Positions 1 through 8,672 of a stretch of DNA of 55,801 nt are shown one piece after another; the first letter of the stretch is position 1, and each line of letters opens with the position of its first letter. Origin of the DNA: Bacteroidota bacterium (lineage in GTDB: Bacteria; Bacteroidota; Bacteroidia; Chitinophagales; Chitinophagaceae); assembly GCA_031423175.1 (NCBI GenBank), contig JANPEU010000459.1:1-55801 (forward strand), given 5' to 3'. The translations under genes and the position numbers were made by a program. Below the pieces are notes generated by a model. It had not been told where the DNA came from and searched no databases. It saw only the letters and a program-made list of their open reading frames with translations.

Positions 1-192
1 CAATAAACATTTTTGGCTTAATTAATCATTCTTCTGTTCGGTGTCTTGCTATTAATCTTTAAAAAAAGAAAGTGTAAGCGTGGGTTATCAGTAAGAAGAA
101 GAAAAAGGGCCGATGCAAATTTTATTGACGAAAAAAAATCACGATTAAAAATCAATACCATTACAAGGATGTCTCCGGTATGGTATCAAACA

Positions 193-1032
193 ATGTTGTA
201 TAATTCAAATATCCATCATCGCAGAAGCATCCGGCTGAAAGGATATGATTATTCGCAGGATGGTTTGTATTTCATTACCATTTGTATACAGGATAGAAAA
301 TGTTTATTTGGAGAAATCACCGGCGCATCCCCTGCGGGTGCCCAAATGGAATTGAATGAATTGGGGTCTATCGCCTATGAACAATGGCAAAAATTACCGG
401 AACGATTTACGAATATTGAATTGGATGTTTTTCAAATAATGCCAAATCATATACACGGGATAATTGTGTTGACGGATGTAGGGGCAGGGTTCACCCCTGC
501 CCCCGATGATAATACGATTGCGGATGAAAAAAATGCAGGTGTAAACCCTAACCAAAATAACACAAACATCCCTGACCATGATGATGCGGTTGTAAATAAT
601 GATAATGCGATTGCGAATGAAACATGGGCAGGGGTAAACCCTGCCCCTACCCAAAATAACACAAACATCCCTGACCATGATGATGCGGTTGTAAATAATG
701 ATAATGCGATTGTTTATAATGATGATTCGATTGCCCATTATGATAATTCGATTACGGATGAAATTAGGGCGGGGGCAAGCCCCGCCCCTACCGGAAATTC
801 GAAATCTGTTGGTGATATTATTGGCGCATACAAATCGTTGGTGGCAAATGAATGTTTGAAAATATTCAAACAAAAATGGGCAGAGGTAAACCCCGCACCA
901 TACATGGGAAAATTATGGCAACGGAATTATTACGAACACATCATTCGTGATGAACAATCATATCAACGCATTTCTGGTTACATTATAAATAATCCTGTAA
1001 AATGGAAAGATGATAAATTTTACAACGATTGA
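193..1032 (+). CDS. REP-associated tyrosine transposase (RAYT; IS200/IS605-type Y1 HUH transposase) with a repeat-rich internal insertion
   Basis: The ORF track gives 46..1032 with a TTG start; the first plausible ATG is 193 (MLYNSNIHHRRSIRLKGYDYSQDGLYFITI). The HUH motif MPNHIHGIIVL lies at nt 448-456. The Tyr block WQRNYYEHIIRDE..YIINNPVKW has its YY at nt 928-933. About 160 aa separate HUH from Tyr, far more than in canonical Y1 transposases as I recall them. Confidence 0.8.
   Translation: MLYNSNIHHRRSIRLKGYDYSQDGLYFITICIQDRKCLFGEITGASPAGAQMELNELGSIAYEQWQKLPERFTNIELDVFQIMPNHIHGIIVLTDVGAGFTPAPDDNTIADEKNAGVNPNQNNTNIPDHDDAVVNNDNAIANETWAGVNPAPTQNNTNIPDHDDAVVNNDNAIVYNDDSIAHYDNSITDEIRAGASPAPTGNSKSVGDIIGAYKSLVANECLKIFKQKWAEVNPAPYMGKLWQRNYYEHIIRDEQSYQRISGYIINNPVKWKDDKFYND
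481..787. repeat. Three perfect GC-rich hairpins inside the RAYT ORF (GGGCAGGG-N5-CCCTGCCC type)
   Basis: 481-503 is ggggcaggg/ttcac/ccctgcccc (9 bp). 626-646 is gggcaggg/gtaaa/ccctgccc (8 bp). 767-787 is gggcgggg/gcaag/ccccgccc (8 bp). All are in frame and encode AG(F/V/A)xPAP. Degenerate copies lie near 535-553 and 877-898. Confidence 0.85.
552..712. repeat. Tandem direct repeat: identical 62-nt copies, 99-nt period (in frame, 33 codons)
   Basis: 552-613 and 651-712 are identical (ccaaaataacacaaacatccctgaccatgatgatgcggttgtaaataatgataatgcgattg). The hairpin ahead of copy 1 has lost its 3' arm relative to copy 2. Confidence 0.9.
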
Positions 1033-1094
1033 AAACAATTTCAGTTCCATCATGGTCTCCCGATTGTCCGTAGTGTTCCAAAAAAAAATGAATG

Positions 1095-1209
1095 CTTGCC
1101 TGCCGGTAGGCAAGAAAATACCATATGACGAAGTAGTATTTTTTATTCTGTATCGAAACCTAATATGTAGGGCGAAGCTTATTCCATCCTGTCCCGATAA
1201 ATATCGGGA
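1095..1209. repeat. REP-like palindromes immediately downstream of the RAYT gene
   Basis: 1095-1114 is cttgcct/gccggt/aggcaag (7 bp). 1192-1209 is tcccgata-aa-tatcggga. The CCTGTCCCG-N8-CGGGA motif (1188-1209) recurs at 52711-52732. Confidence 0.7.
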
Positions 1210-1443
1210 ATAAAAATCGGAATGCCACAGCCCCGCCCACATACCCATCTGGCACCTGACAGCCAAGTATGATTAGTTATTCATCAATAGTCCTTGATAT
1301 TTGTATGTTTTTCCACTGAATTTTTGATTGACTTAACTGTTAATTTTCCTCTAATAATTATTTAAACCAAAAATGAACTTTTTGGCTCCAAAAGCATTAT
1401 AGTATAAAATGCTACGAATAATTAATTTTAAACAATAGAATAA

Positions 1444-3891
1444 ATGAAACAGGCTATAATATTATTCTTTGCTTTATGTTTTCTCAAAATTTCATATGCT
1501 CAAAATACAGGGAGCATTACGGGTTTTGTAGTGGATAAAACTACACAACAACCCCTTGAAGGTGCATCCATAAAATTAGATGGCTCTGTAAAAGGAACGA
1601 TTGCAGATAGTTTGGGCAAATTCAGGATTGCCGGCATCCCGGTAAAAAGTTACAATCTTGAAATCAGTAAAGTGGGCTACAAAACATTTACACTCTATAA
1701 TATTGTAATTAATAGTGGAAATGAAAATAACTATACTATCGAACTGGAGCAAAGTGCCACTTCGTTAACCGAAGTTGTAATTAAAGCAAACAAAAGAACA
1801 GTACGGGCAGCCACTTTAGAAACGCCTTTGAGTGTGCAACGATTAACAAGTGAAGAAATCAAAAGCAATCCAGGTGGTAATTTCGACATCAGCAAAGTAA
1901 TTCAAACGCTGCCCGGCGTAGGTGGTGGCCAACAGGGCGGCAGTTTCAGAAACGATATTATAATCCGGGGTGGTGCACCTAATGAAAATGTATTTTATTT
2001 AGATGGTATTGAAGTGCCGGTTATTAACCACTTTCAAACACAGGGCAGCAGCGGGGGGCCGCAGGGAATTTTAAACGTAAGTTTTATCGAAGATGTAAAA
2101 CTGAGTTCTTCGGCTTTTGATGCCCGCTATGATAATGCACTGAGTTCTGTATTTCAGTTTAAACAAAAAAATGGCAACCCGAATCAATTTCAGGGTAACA
2201 TCAGGTTGAGTGCTACTGAAGCAGCATTAACAATGGAAGGTCCTTTGTCAAAAAATAAGAAAACTACTTTCCTTGCATCGGCACGTCGTTCATACCTGCA
2301 GTTGTTGTTCAAGGCACTTGATTTACCTATTCGTCCCAACTACTGGGATTTTCAAACAAAAATTACACACCAGATCAATAAAAAAACAACACTTACTTTC
2401 CTGGGTATAGGAGCTATTGATGAATTCCGTTTTGAAGCTCCGAAAGATGCCACTCCAGAAAAATTATATACTATCAACTCCAATGTTTTAGTAAATCAAT
2501 GGAACTATACTATCGGAGCCTCGTTAAAAAGAAACATTACTAATGGTTTTTGGAACCTGGCATTGAGCCGTACGGATTTTAATAATGATATTGAAAAGTA
2601 TGAGGACAATCAAAACCCAACGGCTGCCAATAAATCGCTGGATATTGTAAGTGCGGAAAAAGAAACCAAACTCCGGTTTGATTTAAATAAAAACCGCAAT
2701 GGCTGGAAGGTAGCGTATGGTGCTTCTGCTCAATTAGCGGATTATTCGAACTCTACATATAGTGTAATCCGTAAAGAAATTCGTGATGACGGTGGTACAA
2801 TTGTTCAACCTGCTGTAAGTGCAAATTTCACCAGCCCATTAAAAACTTTTTTAAGATTGGGTGCTTTTGTACAGGCAGGTAAACGCTTTGCTGCAAACCG
2901 TCTTGGTATCAGTGCCGGTATCCGTACAGATATGAATACATTTACAAAAGATGGTATGAATGGTTTACAAACTTTGTCGCCACGCATTTCTTTTAGCTAT
3001 GTGTTGGCAGATAAATGGACCTGGAATTCATCTGTTGGAACGTATTATAAAATTCCGCCTTATACCATTCTTGGGTTTGCCGATAATAATAATGTGTTGG
3101 TTAATAAAAATGCAAAGTATCAACGCAGCAATCACTATACTACCGGATTTGAATATTTGCCCAACGATGGATTACGTTTTACCATAGAAGGATTTTATAA
3201 ACAATACAGCAATGTACCTGTATCAAACCGCAATGGAATTTCATTGGCAAATCTTGGTACAGATTTTACCCTACTTGGCAACGAAGCAATAACTACCAAT
3301 GGAAAAGGGAAAGCTTACGGCGTTGAATTTTTTGTACAAAAAAAACTCACCAAGAATTTCTTCGGCATTTTTTCTTACACCTTTTACCGGAGTCTTTATT
3401 CGGGCAGGGATGCAAAATATATAGCCAGTAGCTGGGATAATCAGCATTTACTAAGTGTAACATGGGGTTATAAATTTCCACGCAACTGGGAATTGGGTTT
3501 AAAATTCCGTTACCAGGGCGGTGCACCTTTTACACCGTTTGATGAAACACTTTCAAGATTAAATTATTTGTCACAGGGTGTTGGCACATTAAACTACGCA
3601 CAACTGAATAACAATCGTCTTGCAGGATTCAACAGCAGCGATGTACGTATCGACAAAAAATGGAACTTCAGGAAAACAACCATCGATTTGTTTTTAGACG
3701 TTACTAACTGGTATGTGGCAAAAAATCCTGCTATACCAGAATATACCTTTAAAAGAAATGCGGCCAATACAGCTTTTGAAACTACAGATGGTTTACCAAT
3801 TAAGGCCAATGGCAGTAATGCAATACCAACAAGAGTAAAAAATGATGATCCGTTTGTAACGCCAACAATAGGAATTATTATTGAGTTTTAA
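1444..3891 (+). CDS. TonB-dependent outer-membrane receptor with N-terminal carboxypeptidase-regulatory-like domain
   Basis: Signal peptide (..KISYAQ). A CarboxypepD_reg-like block (GSITGFVVDKTTQQPLEGASI). Plug-like region, long beta-barrel and a C-terminal aromatic residue (..IIEF). Confidence 0.85.
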   Translation: MKQAIILFFALCFLKISYAQNTGSITGFVVDKTTQQPLEGASIKLDGSVKGTIADSLGKFRIAGIPVKSYNLEISKVGYKTFTLYNIVINSGNENNYTIELEQSATSLTEVVIKANKRTVRAATLETPLSVQRLTSEEIKSNPGGNFDISKVIQTLPGVGGGQQGGSFRNDIIIRGGAPNENVFYLDGIEVPVINHFQTQGSSGGPQGILNVSFIEDVKLSSSAFDARYDNALSSVFQFKQKNGNPNQFQGNIRLSATEAALTMEGPLSKNKKTTFLASARRSYLQLLFKALDLPIRPNYWDFQTKITHQINKKTTLTFLGIGAIDEFRFEAPKDATPEKLYTINSNVLVNQWNYTIGASLKRNITNGFWNLALSRTDFNNDIEKYEDNQNPTAANKSLDIVSAEKETKLRFDLNKNRNGWKVAYGASAQLADYSNSTYSVIRKEIRDDGGTIVQPAVSANFTSPLKTFLRLGAFVQAGKRFAANRLGISAGIRTDMNTFTKDGMNGLQTLSPRISFSYVLADKWTWNSSVGTYYKIPPYTILGFADNNNVLVNKNAKYQRSNHYTTGFEYLPNDGLRFTIEGFYKQYSNVPVSNRNGISLANLGTDFTLLGNEAITTNGKGKAYGVEFFVQKKLTKNFFGIFSYTFYRSLYSGRDAKYIASSWDNQHLLSVTWGYKFPRNWELGLKFRYQGGAPFTPFDETLSRLNYLSQGVGTLNYAQLNNNRLAGFNSSDVRIDKKWNFRKTTIDLFLDVTNWYVAKNPAIPEYTFKRNAANTAFETTDGLPIKANGSNAIPTRVKNDDPFVTPTIGIIIEF

Positions 3892-4096
3892 AAGAATACG
3901 TATTATGAAAAAGGTGTTCTTTCCTTACCAGGTCTTATATCTTAATAATTTGCTTGCTGTTCCCGCCTTTTTTAGGAGCCCCAAAACATTTCATCTAAAA
4001 CGAGACTATTTGACACTCACCCTGGAAAGCAGGACATCATACTATTAAACTTAAACAATTTCCTGAAATGATTGTTAGTATTAAAAAGTATAAGAA

Positions 4097-4645
4097 ATGA
4101 AATTTCTATCCCTGCTGTTACCGGTATTTTTGTTTTTACCCGGAGAGTCCTATAAAATAGATTTTGGAACCTCAGCATCCAGAACCAGTAATTGGGTAAT
4201 TCTTAGCGATAAAGTAATGGGTGGAGTATCTGAGGCACAAATTGAGTATGGAAGTACTTCTGTTATTCTTAAGGGAACCGTTTCAATGAAAAACCGGGGT
4301 GGCTTTGTTTCGCTAAAATCGTATTTCGGAAAACTTGACTTGTCTTCCTATAAAACAGTGAGAATAACATTCAGATCTACTAATCAAAAATATGCCTTTA
4401 CACTGGAGAATAGCCGGAGATGGTATGAGCCTGCTTATAAACATGAATTCAGTGCTAAAGAAATAAATAAATGGGAAACAGTTTCTCTGAACCTGAATAA
4501 TTTTGTTGAAGAAGTGATTAGTGAACCAACGGGGATTAAAGCAAATAAATCAATATTAGAGAGCATACTCAGAATCGGAATTTCAACTAATGAAAAAAAG
4601 GAAGGCCCTTTCCAACTCGACATTGAATCAATAGAATTTATATAA
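4097..4645 (+). CDS. CIA30-family (complex I intermediate-associated protein 30-like) secreted protein
   Basis: Signal peptide, plus WVILSDKVMGGVSEA...GTVSMKNRGGFVSLKS, which is typical of the CIA30 domain. Confidence 0.7.
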   Translation: MKFLSLLLPVFLFLPGESYKIDFGTSASRTSNWVILSDKVMGGVSEAQIEYGSTSVILKGTVSMKNRGGFVSLKSYFGKLDLSSYKTVRITFRSTNQKYAFTLENSRRWYEPAYKHEFSAKEINKWETVSLNLNNFVEEVISEPTGIKANKSILESILRIGISTNEKKEGPFQLDIESIEFI

Positions 4646-4891
4646 GCAAGGCATAAATTATTACTCCTTAATTTCCGTAAGTTTCCCCGCAATGCTGAGG
4701 GACTGGTGTGATTAACCATCAACGTCAACGGGGCTGTGAACTTCTTTTCAGTCTATCGTTACACTTGCTCCGATTATTTGGGGAAACAATGGACAACTAT
4801 TCAATTTTTTATTTATTAGTAAGCACTAGTCTACATTCAAATTAAAGATAACAGGTAACAGAACTGCCAAAACAAAAAGACAAATAATTAC

Positions 4892-5704
4892 TTACCGTAT
4901 AACCGTCACCCGTAAAAAAGTAGCAGGTATGGAAGTGGTATTACTTGTTTTGCTTTTATTTTGGCTATTAAACAAAACTTCTAATTCATTTTGCAATTCT
5001 AAAGCTTTGCCATTTTTTTCAGCTGCTTCAAATGCATTCATAGTAGGCCCGTAGTAGGTTTTGAATGTGTTGACGAGTTCTGTTGGTGAATAAGGTGCAT
5101 TGAATGTAAAAGTATCTCTGGCAAATGATATGTTCTCTTTCGCGACGCCAGCATTTTCGAAACGTTCTGTAACATTACTCTCTACACCCCATAACATAGG
5201 ACTAATAAAGCCTTCCGGTGGTAGGGGTGTATAAGCAGAACTTATCTTTAATATTTGTGCTACAAGTGTTGGGTCTCCCGGTATCCAGTTCCCCATAACT
5301 ATTCTTCCGCCTTTGCGTGTAACCCGAACCATTTCTTTAGCTACATCAAATGGTTTGGGAGCGAACATCGCACCAAAGATGCTTACTACTAAATCAAAAC
5401 TCTCGTCTTTCAGCTCATTTAAATCGGTTGCATCGCCTTCCTGAAATATGCAATTTGTCAACCCTTCAGATTTTGCACGTTGGTTTCCTGCTTCAACAAG
5501 ATTTCTTGCTATATCAACGCCTAAAACATTAGCTCCGAGTTTTGCTTCAGGTATCGCTGTGGTGCCATCACCACAACCCAAATCAAGTACGTTAAGACCG
5601 TTGTTAATTCCTAATTGTGCAACCAATGATGTACCGCTTTCACGCATGCTTTCGGCAATACGTGTGAAATCACCTTTTTCCCATAATGCTTTGTTTGGAT
5701 TCAT
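4892..5704 (-). CDS. Class I SAM-dependent methyltransferase
   Basis: SAM-binding motif I VLDLGCGDGTTA and the downstream DLVVSIFG motif. Confidence 0.8.
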   Translation of the reverse strand: MNPNKALWEKGDFTRIAESMRESGTSLVAQLGINNGLNVLDLGCGDGTTAIPEAKLGANVLGVDIARNLVEAGNQRAKSEGLTNCIFQEGDATDLNELKDESFDLVVSIFGAMFAPKPFDVAKEMVRVTRKGGRIVMGNWIPGDPTLVAQILKISSAYTPLPPEGFISPMLWGVESNVTERFENAGVAKENISFARDTFTFNAPYSPTELVNTFKTYYGPTMNAFEAAEKNGKALELQNELEVLFNSQNKSKTSNTTSIPATFLRVTVIR

Positions 5705-5946
5705 ATTTTTTCATTTTTAGAATACCAAGTTAAAGTAATAAATGATTGTTGAACTATTTATTTACCATTCTAAAAAATGGCGTATTAAAAGTCCATCGAA
5801 CAACAAACAGACTGGATATTTGGCTGGGCGATAAATATATTCTCAGTTCCTTTGGGGTTTCCAATTTATTTTTTAGCCTGTCATGGAAAAAAACTATTTT
5901 AATTAGCGATAGTTTTCATTTAGTAAGTAATTTTAAAAAAAATATA

Positions 5947-6174
5947 ATGTCAACAACAAAAATCACCGTAAATAATAACGGGTCTTTAAAAGTAGAAGGC
6001 AATTTTGAAGTAGTGGATAGAAACGGTGGTGTTTATAATTTACAAGGGAGAGAAATTGTTTCTTTTTGCCGTTGTGGCCTTTCAAAAAATAAACCGTTTT
6101 GTGATGGCTCTCATAATGGGCATTTTGAACATGAAGCGATTGCTTTTGATTTACCGCCTAAGAAGACTGTTTAA
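5947..6174 (+). CDS. CDGSH iron-sulfur domain-containing protein
   Basis: C-x-C-x(n)-CDGSH signature (FCRCGLSKNKPFCDGSH). I start the gene at ATG 5947 (MSTTKITV); the upstream part of ORF 5746..6174 looks non-coding. Confidence 0.75.
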   Translation: MSTTKITVNNNGSLKVEGNFEVVDRNGGVYNLQGREIVSFCRCGLSKNKPFCDGSHNGHFEHEAIAFDLPPKKTV

Positions 6175-6270
6175 TTTTCTTTTGCCATGGCAAGTGTTCC
6201 CCATTCTCTACTGTGTTCTCCGAAATATTATGGGATGTGCAAAAGAATAAAAAAAAATAACAGATAGCTA

Positions 6271-8637
6271 TTATTTTTTTGCAACTATCATTTCCATTTT
6301 TCCCAAACCCCTGAACTGCATTTCCACTTTTGGAGATTCGCCATCAGAAAAAGTACAATCAAAAGTAATGGTATGTGATGTGGGTGAAATTACCGGTGGC
6401 AGATTTGCTAAATGATAAGTTCCTTTCGGCTTTCCGTTTTCATTATATAACCGGAGTTCCTGTGTTCCATCACAAACAATACTTTCTCCGGCTTTTAATT
6501 CAATGGGTAAATTCATTTCGGCATAATTATCAAACTGTATTTTAATATTTCTTATGCCGCCTGTTTTTCCGGATAGATTTAACCGGAATTGCAATGCTTG
6601 CTCTTTTGCATCTTGTATATATTTCCATGTAGTATGAGTAGGTTCACCGGGCTGCCTTTCAAATTTTTCATGAATAAATAATGGTGACAAAGCGTATTGA
6701 TAAAGATTCCACTTCCCTCCTGCTATTTTTTCAAGATGAAATTCATTCTTAGGATTTTTTAATTGTTCCTGTTGCGCATTATTAAATGCATTGCTGGTTC
6801 GTGCAGTTTCCCATTCACGAATTGCATCGAGCAGTTGTGGTGTAAGTGGATTATTTCTTAATGCAGCGGGTCTTGCTACCATTGCAAAGCCTGCATTGTA
6901 TCCGGCTGCACGGGCAAGCATCCATTCCATTTCAGGCATCGTTGTGCTTTCGCTTAATAAGTACCAACCCAACATATGTGGCATATAATTTCTTTCGAAC
7001 AAGCCCTGGTTATCTATCCGATATTGCTGCATACTTTCTTTAAACCCTCCATACCAGGGTTCTCCCCAATTGTAATAGGATCCGATATTCCAGAAAAAGG
7101 TTTCGCTATTACTTGTACCAAAAATTAATTCATGCTTCATATTATCAAATACATCTTTGGCAAATAGTTCTATAGCATAATCACCTTGTCCCGAAGCAAG
7201 ACAACCTTCATGACCATCCAGATCAAAATGATCAATACCCGTTTCATTAAACAAGTTGGCAATGTTGAGAGCAATTTCACGCTGCATATCAAGATTGGGA
7301 AAAAATACCTGGTAAGCATGGTCAAACAATTTGCCAACCGTTTCTCCTTTTTTATGAGATGATACAATTGTACCAAAAGCTCCCCGTTGGCAATCGAGTA
7401 ATTTATAGGGTGGTTGGCTGCTTACAGATTTATAACGAATCAATTCTTTACCGATTTTTACCGTATGCAGGTTATTATTTTTTTCCTGGTTAAAATATTC
7501 AGGAGATGATACTTCAATTTCTTTTTGCTGCAGATCGATATCCTTCATTAACGGCGCAGAACCTGTAACACTCAATCTGTCATCCGGTACGGGAGTAACA
7601 TAGGGATCATTTGTATTAATAAAATTAGTGAGTGTATGTACACCAAAATGTAAACCGGCAGCATGTGCTTTGTCCACCGATTTTTTTAACCCTTCTTTTC
7701 CATTGGGGAAAGCTGCAGTATCGAGCAGATAATGACCCCAGCTTTTAAAAGGTCCTTCATGATAAAGAGAAAACAAACCGGCTCTTTTTGTATAGGCAAT
7801 CATTTCATCAACATCTTTTTCACCAAAAGAAGAAATAAGATATGACTTGCCAAACAGCGATGATTTTTTAAACCATGTTTTATTAAAAGTAGGATAAGGT
7901 AATTTTTCAGCAATGGTAATAGCTTCTATCCAATCAAGCGTTTTTGGTTCGGGACAAGTAAATAAATCAATCTTACTTCCAACAACTGACTCTCCTTTCA
8001 TTGGCGGCACCGGCATGTTTTTAAATTCACCACCCCATGCATCTACATTACGTTCGCGGTTGCGGTTAATAGTATAAGCCTGCAGACTACTACCCCAACT
8101 ATGTGATAATGCTGCAATGCCCCTGGCCCAACTGCTTCCTTCTGTATTCGGATAATCGCCACCCAATGTTTTTACATTCAGCACTTGCATGCCGATGGCT
8201 ATTTCATCATTCCGTACCACACCGATTACTTCGCCAACCGTTTTTTTAATCGTTGTTGGAAAAGGTCCCCATATGATGGCATCAATATTTTTTTCAGGTG
8301 TTGCTTTCACAATCTCCAACACCATATGTGTTTTTTTTGACAACACTTTAATATCAATATTAACCCCTGCTAGTTCATATTTTAAACTGATTGAATTACC
8401 GGATTTATTATACACTAATGAAGAAGGAAGAAAATGAACTTTATTGCTAATCAGAGTTAGCAAGGGAGTAACGGTATCAGTATATAAATAATTTTTGCCC
8501 GATTCTGTATTACTGAATTCTGTAAAAAATCCCTTCTTGTCAAGTTTCAATTTTAAACTTCCGGAAGAGAGTTGTACCTGAGCATGAAGCTTAAATACAA
8601 AAAGAAAGAATATGACCGGTAGTATTTTTTTTACCAT
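6271..8637 (-). CDS. Secreted protein of unknown function, possibly a glycoside-hydrolase-like TIM-barrel enzyme
   Basis: 788-aa ORF with a signal peptide (..FKLHAQ). I recognise no family. The hydrolase guess rests only on barrel-like segments (GLHFGVHTL, DHFDLDGHEG). Confidence 0.5.
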   Translation of the reverse strand: MVKKILPVIFFLFVFKLHAQVQLSSGSLKLKLDKKGFFTEFSNTESGKNYLYTDTVTPLLTLISNKVHFLPSSLVYNKSGNSISLKYELAGVNIDIKVLSKKTHMVLEIVKATPEKNIDAIIWGPFPTTIKKTVGEVIGVVRNDEIAIGMQVLNVKTLGGDYPNTEGSSWARGIAALSHSWGSSLQAYTINRNRERNVDAWGGEFKNMPVPPMKGESVVGSKIDLFTCPEPKTLDWIEAITIAEKLPYPTFNKTWFKKSSLFGKSYLISSFGEKDVDEMIAYTKRAGLFSLYHEGPFKSWGHYLLDTAAFPNGKEGLKKSVDKAHAAGLHFGVHTLTNFINTNDPYVTPVPDDRLSVTGSAPLMKDIDLQQKEIEVSSPEYFNQEKNNNLHTVKIGKELIRYKSVSSQPPYKLLDCQRGAFGTIVSSHKKGETVGKLFDHAYQVFFPNLDMQREIALNIANLFNETGIDHFDLDGHEGCLASGQGDYAIELFAKDVFDNMKHELIFGTSNSETFFWNIGSYYNWGEPWYGGFKESMQQYRIDNQGLFERNYMPHMLGWYLLSESTTMPEMEWMLARAAGYNAGFAMVARPAALRNNPLTPQLLDAIREWETARTSNAFNNAQQEQLKNPKNEFHLEKIAGGKWNLYQYALSPLFIHEKFERQPGEPTHTTWKYIQDAKEQALQFRLNLSGKTGGIRNIKIQFDNYAEMNLPIELKAGESIVCDGTQELRLYNENGKPKGTYHLANLPPVISPTSHTITFDCTFSDGESPKVEMQFRGLGKMEMIVAKK

Positions 8638-8672
8638 AGAGAATATAGTTGACTCATAAAAGAAAATACTAA

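Noticed and set aside
394-873. Antisense ORFs 394..873 (-) and 447..668 (-) inside the RAYT gene
   Set aside because: They are shadows of the palindromic, repeat-rich insert, since hairpins read open on both strands. Their sequences are low-complexity (RIIII.., GAGFTPA) and have no independent start context.
958-1266. ORFs 958..1266 (-) and 1010..1213 (+) downstream of the RAYT gene
   Set aside because: They run across REP-like palindromes (1095-1114, 1192-1209) and carry no motifs. They are typical spurious translations of repeat DNA.
1267-1443. Possible cobalamin or other riboswitch upstream of the TonB-dependent receptor
   Set aside because: The region is AT-rich. It has no B12-box-like GCCACTG core and no conserved multi-stem structure that I could fold.
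5746-5946. Long N-terminal extension of the CDGSH ORF (ORF-track start 5746)
   Set aside because: The upstream 67 codons are low-complexity AT-rich sequence starting from a TTG. The CDGSH family consists of small proteins, and ATG 5947 gives a typical 75-aa product.
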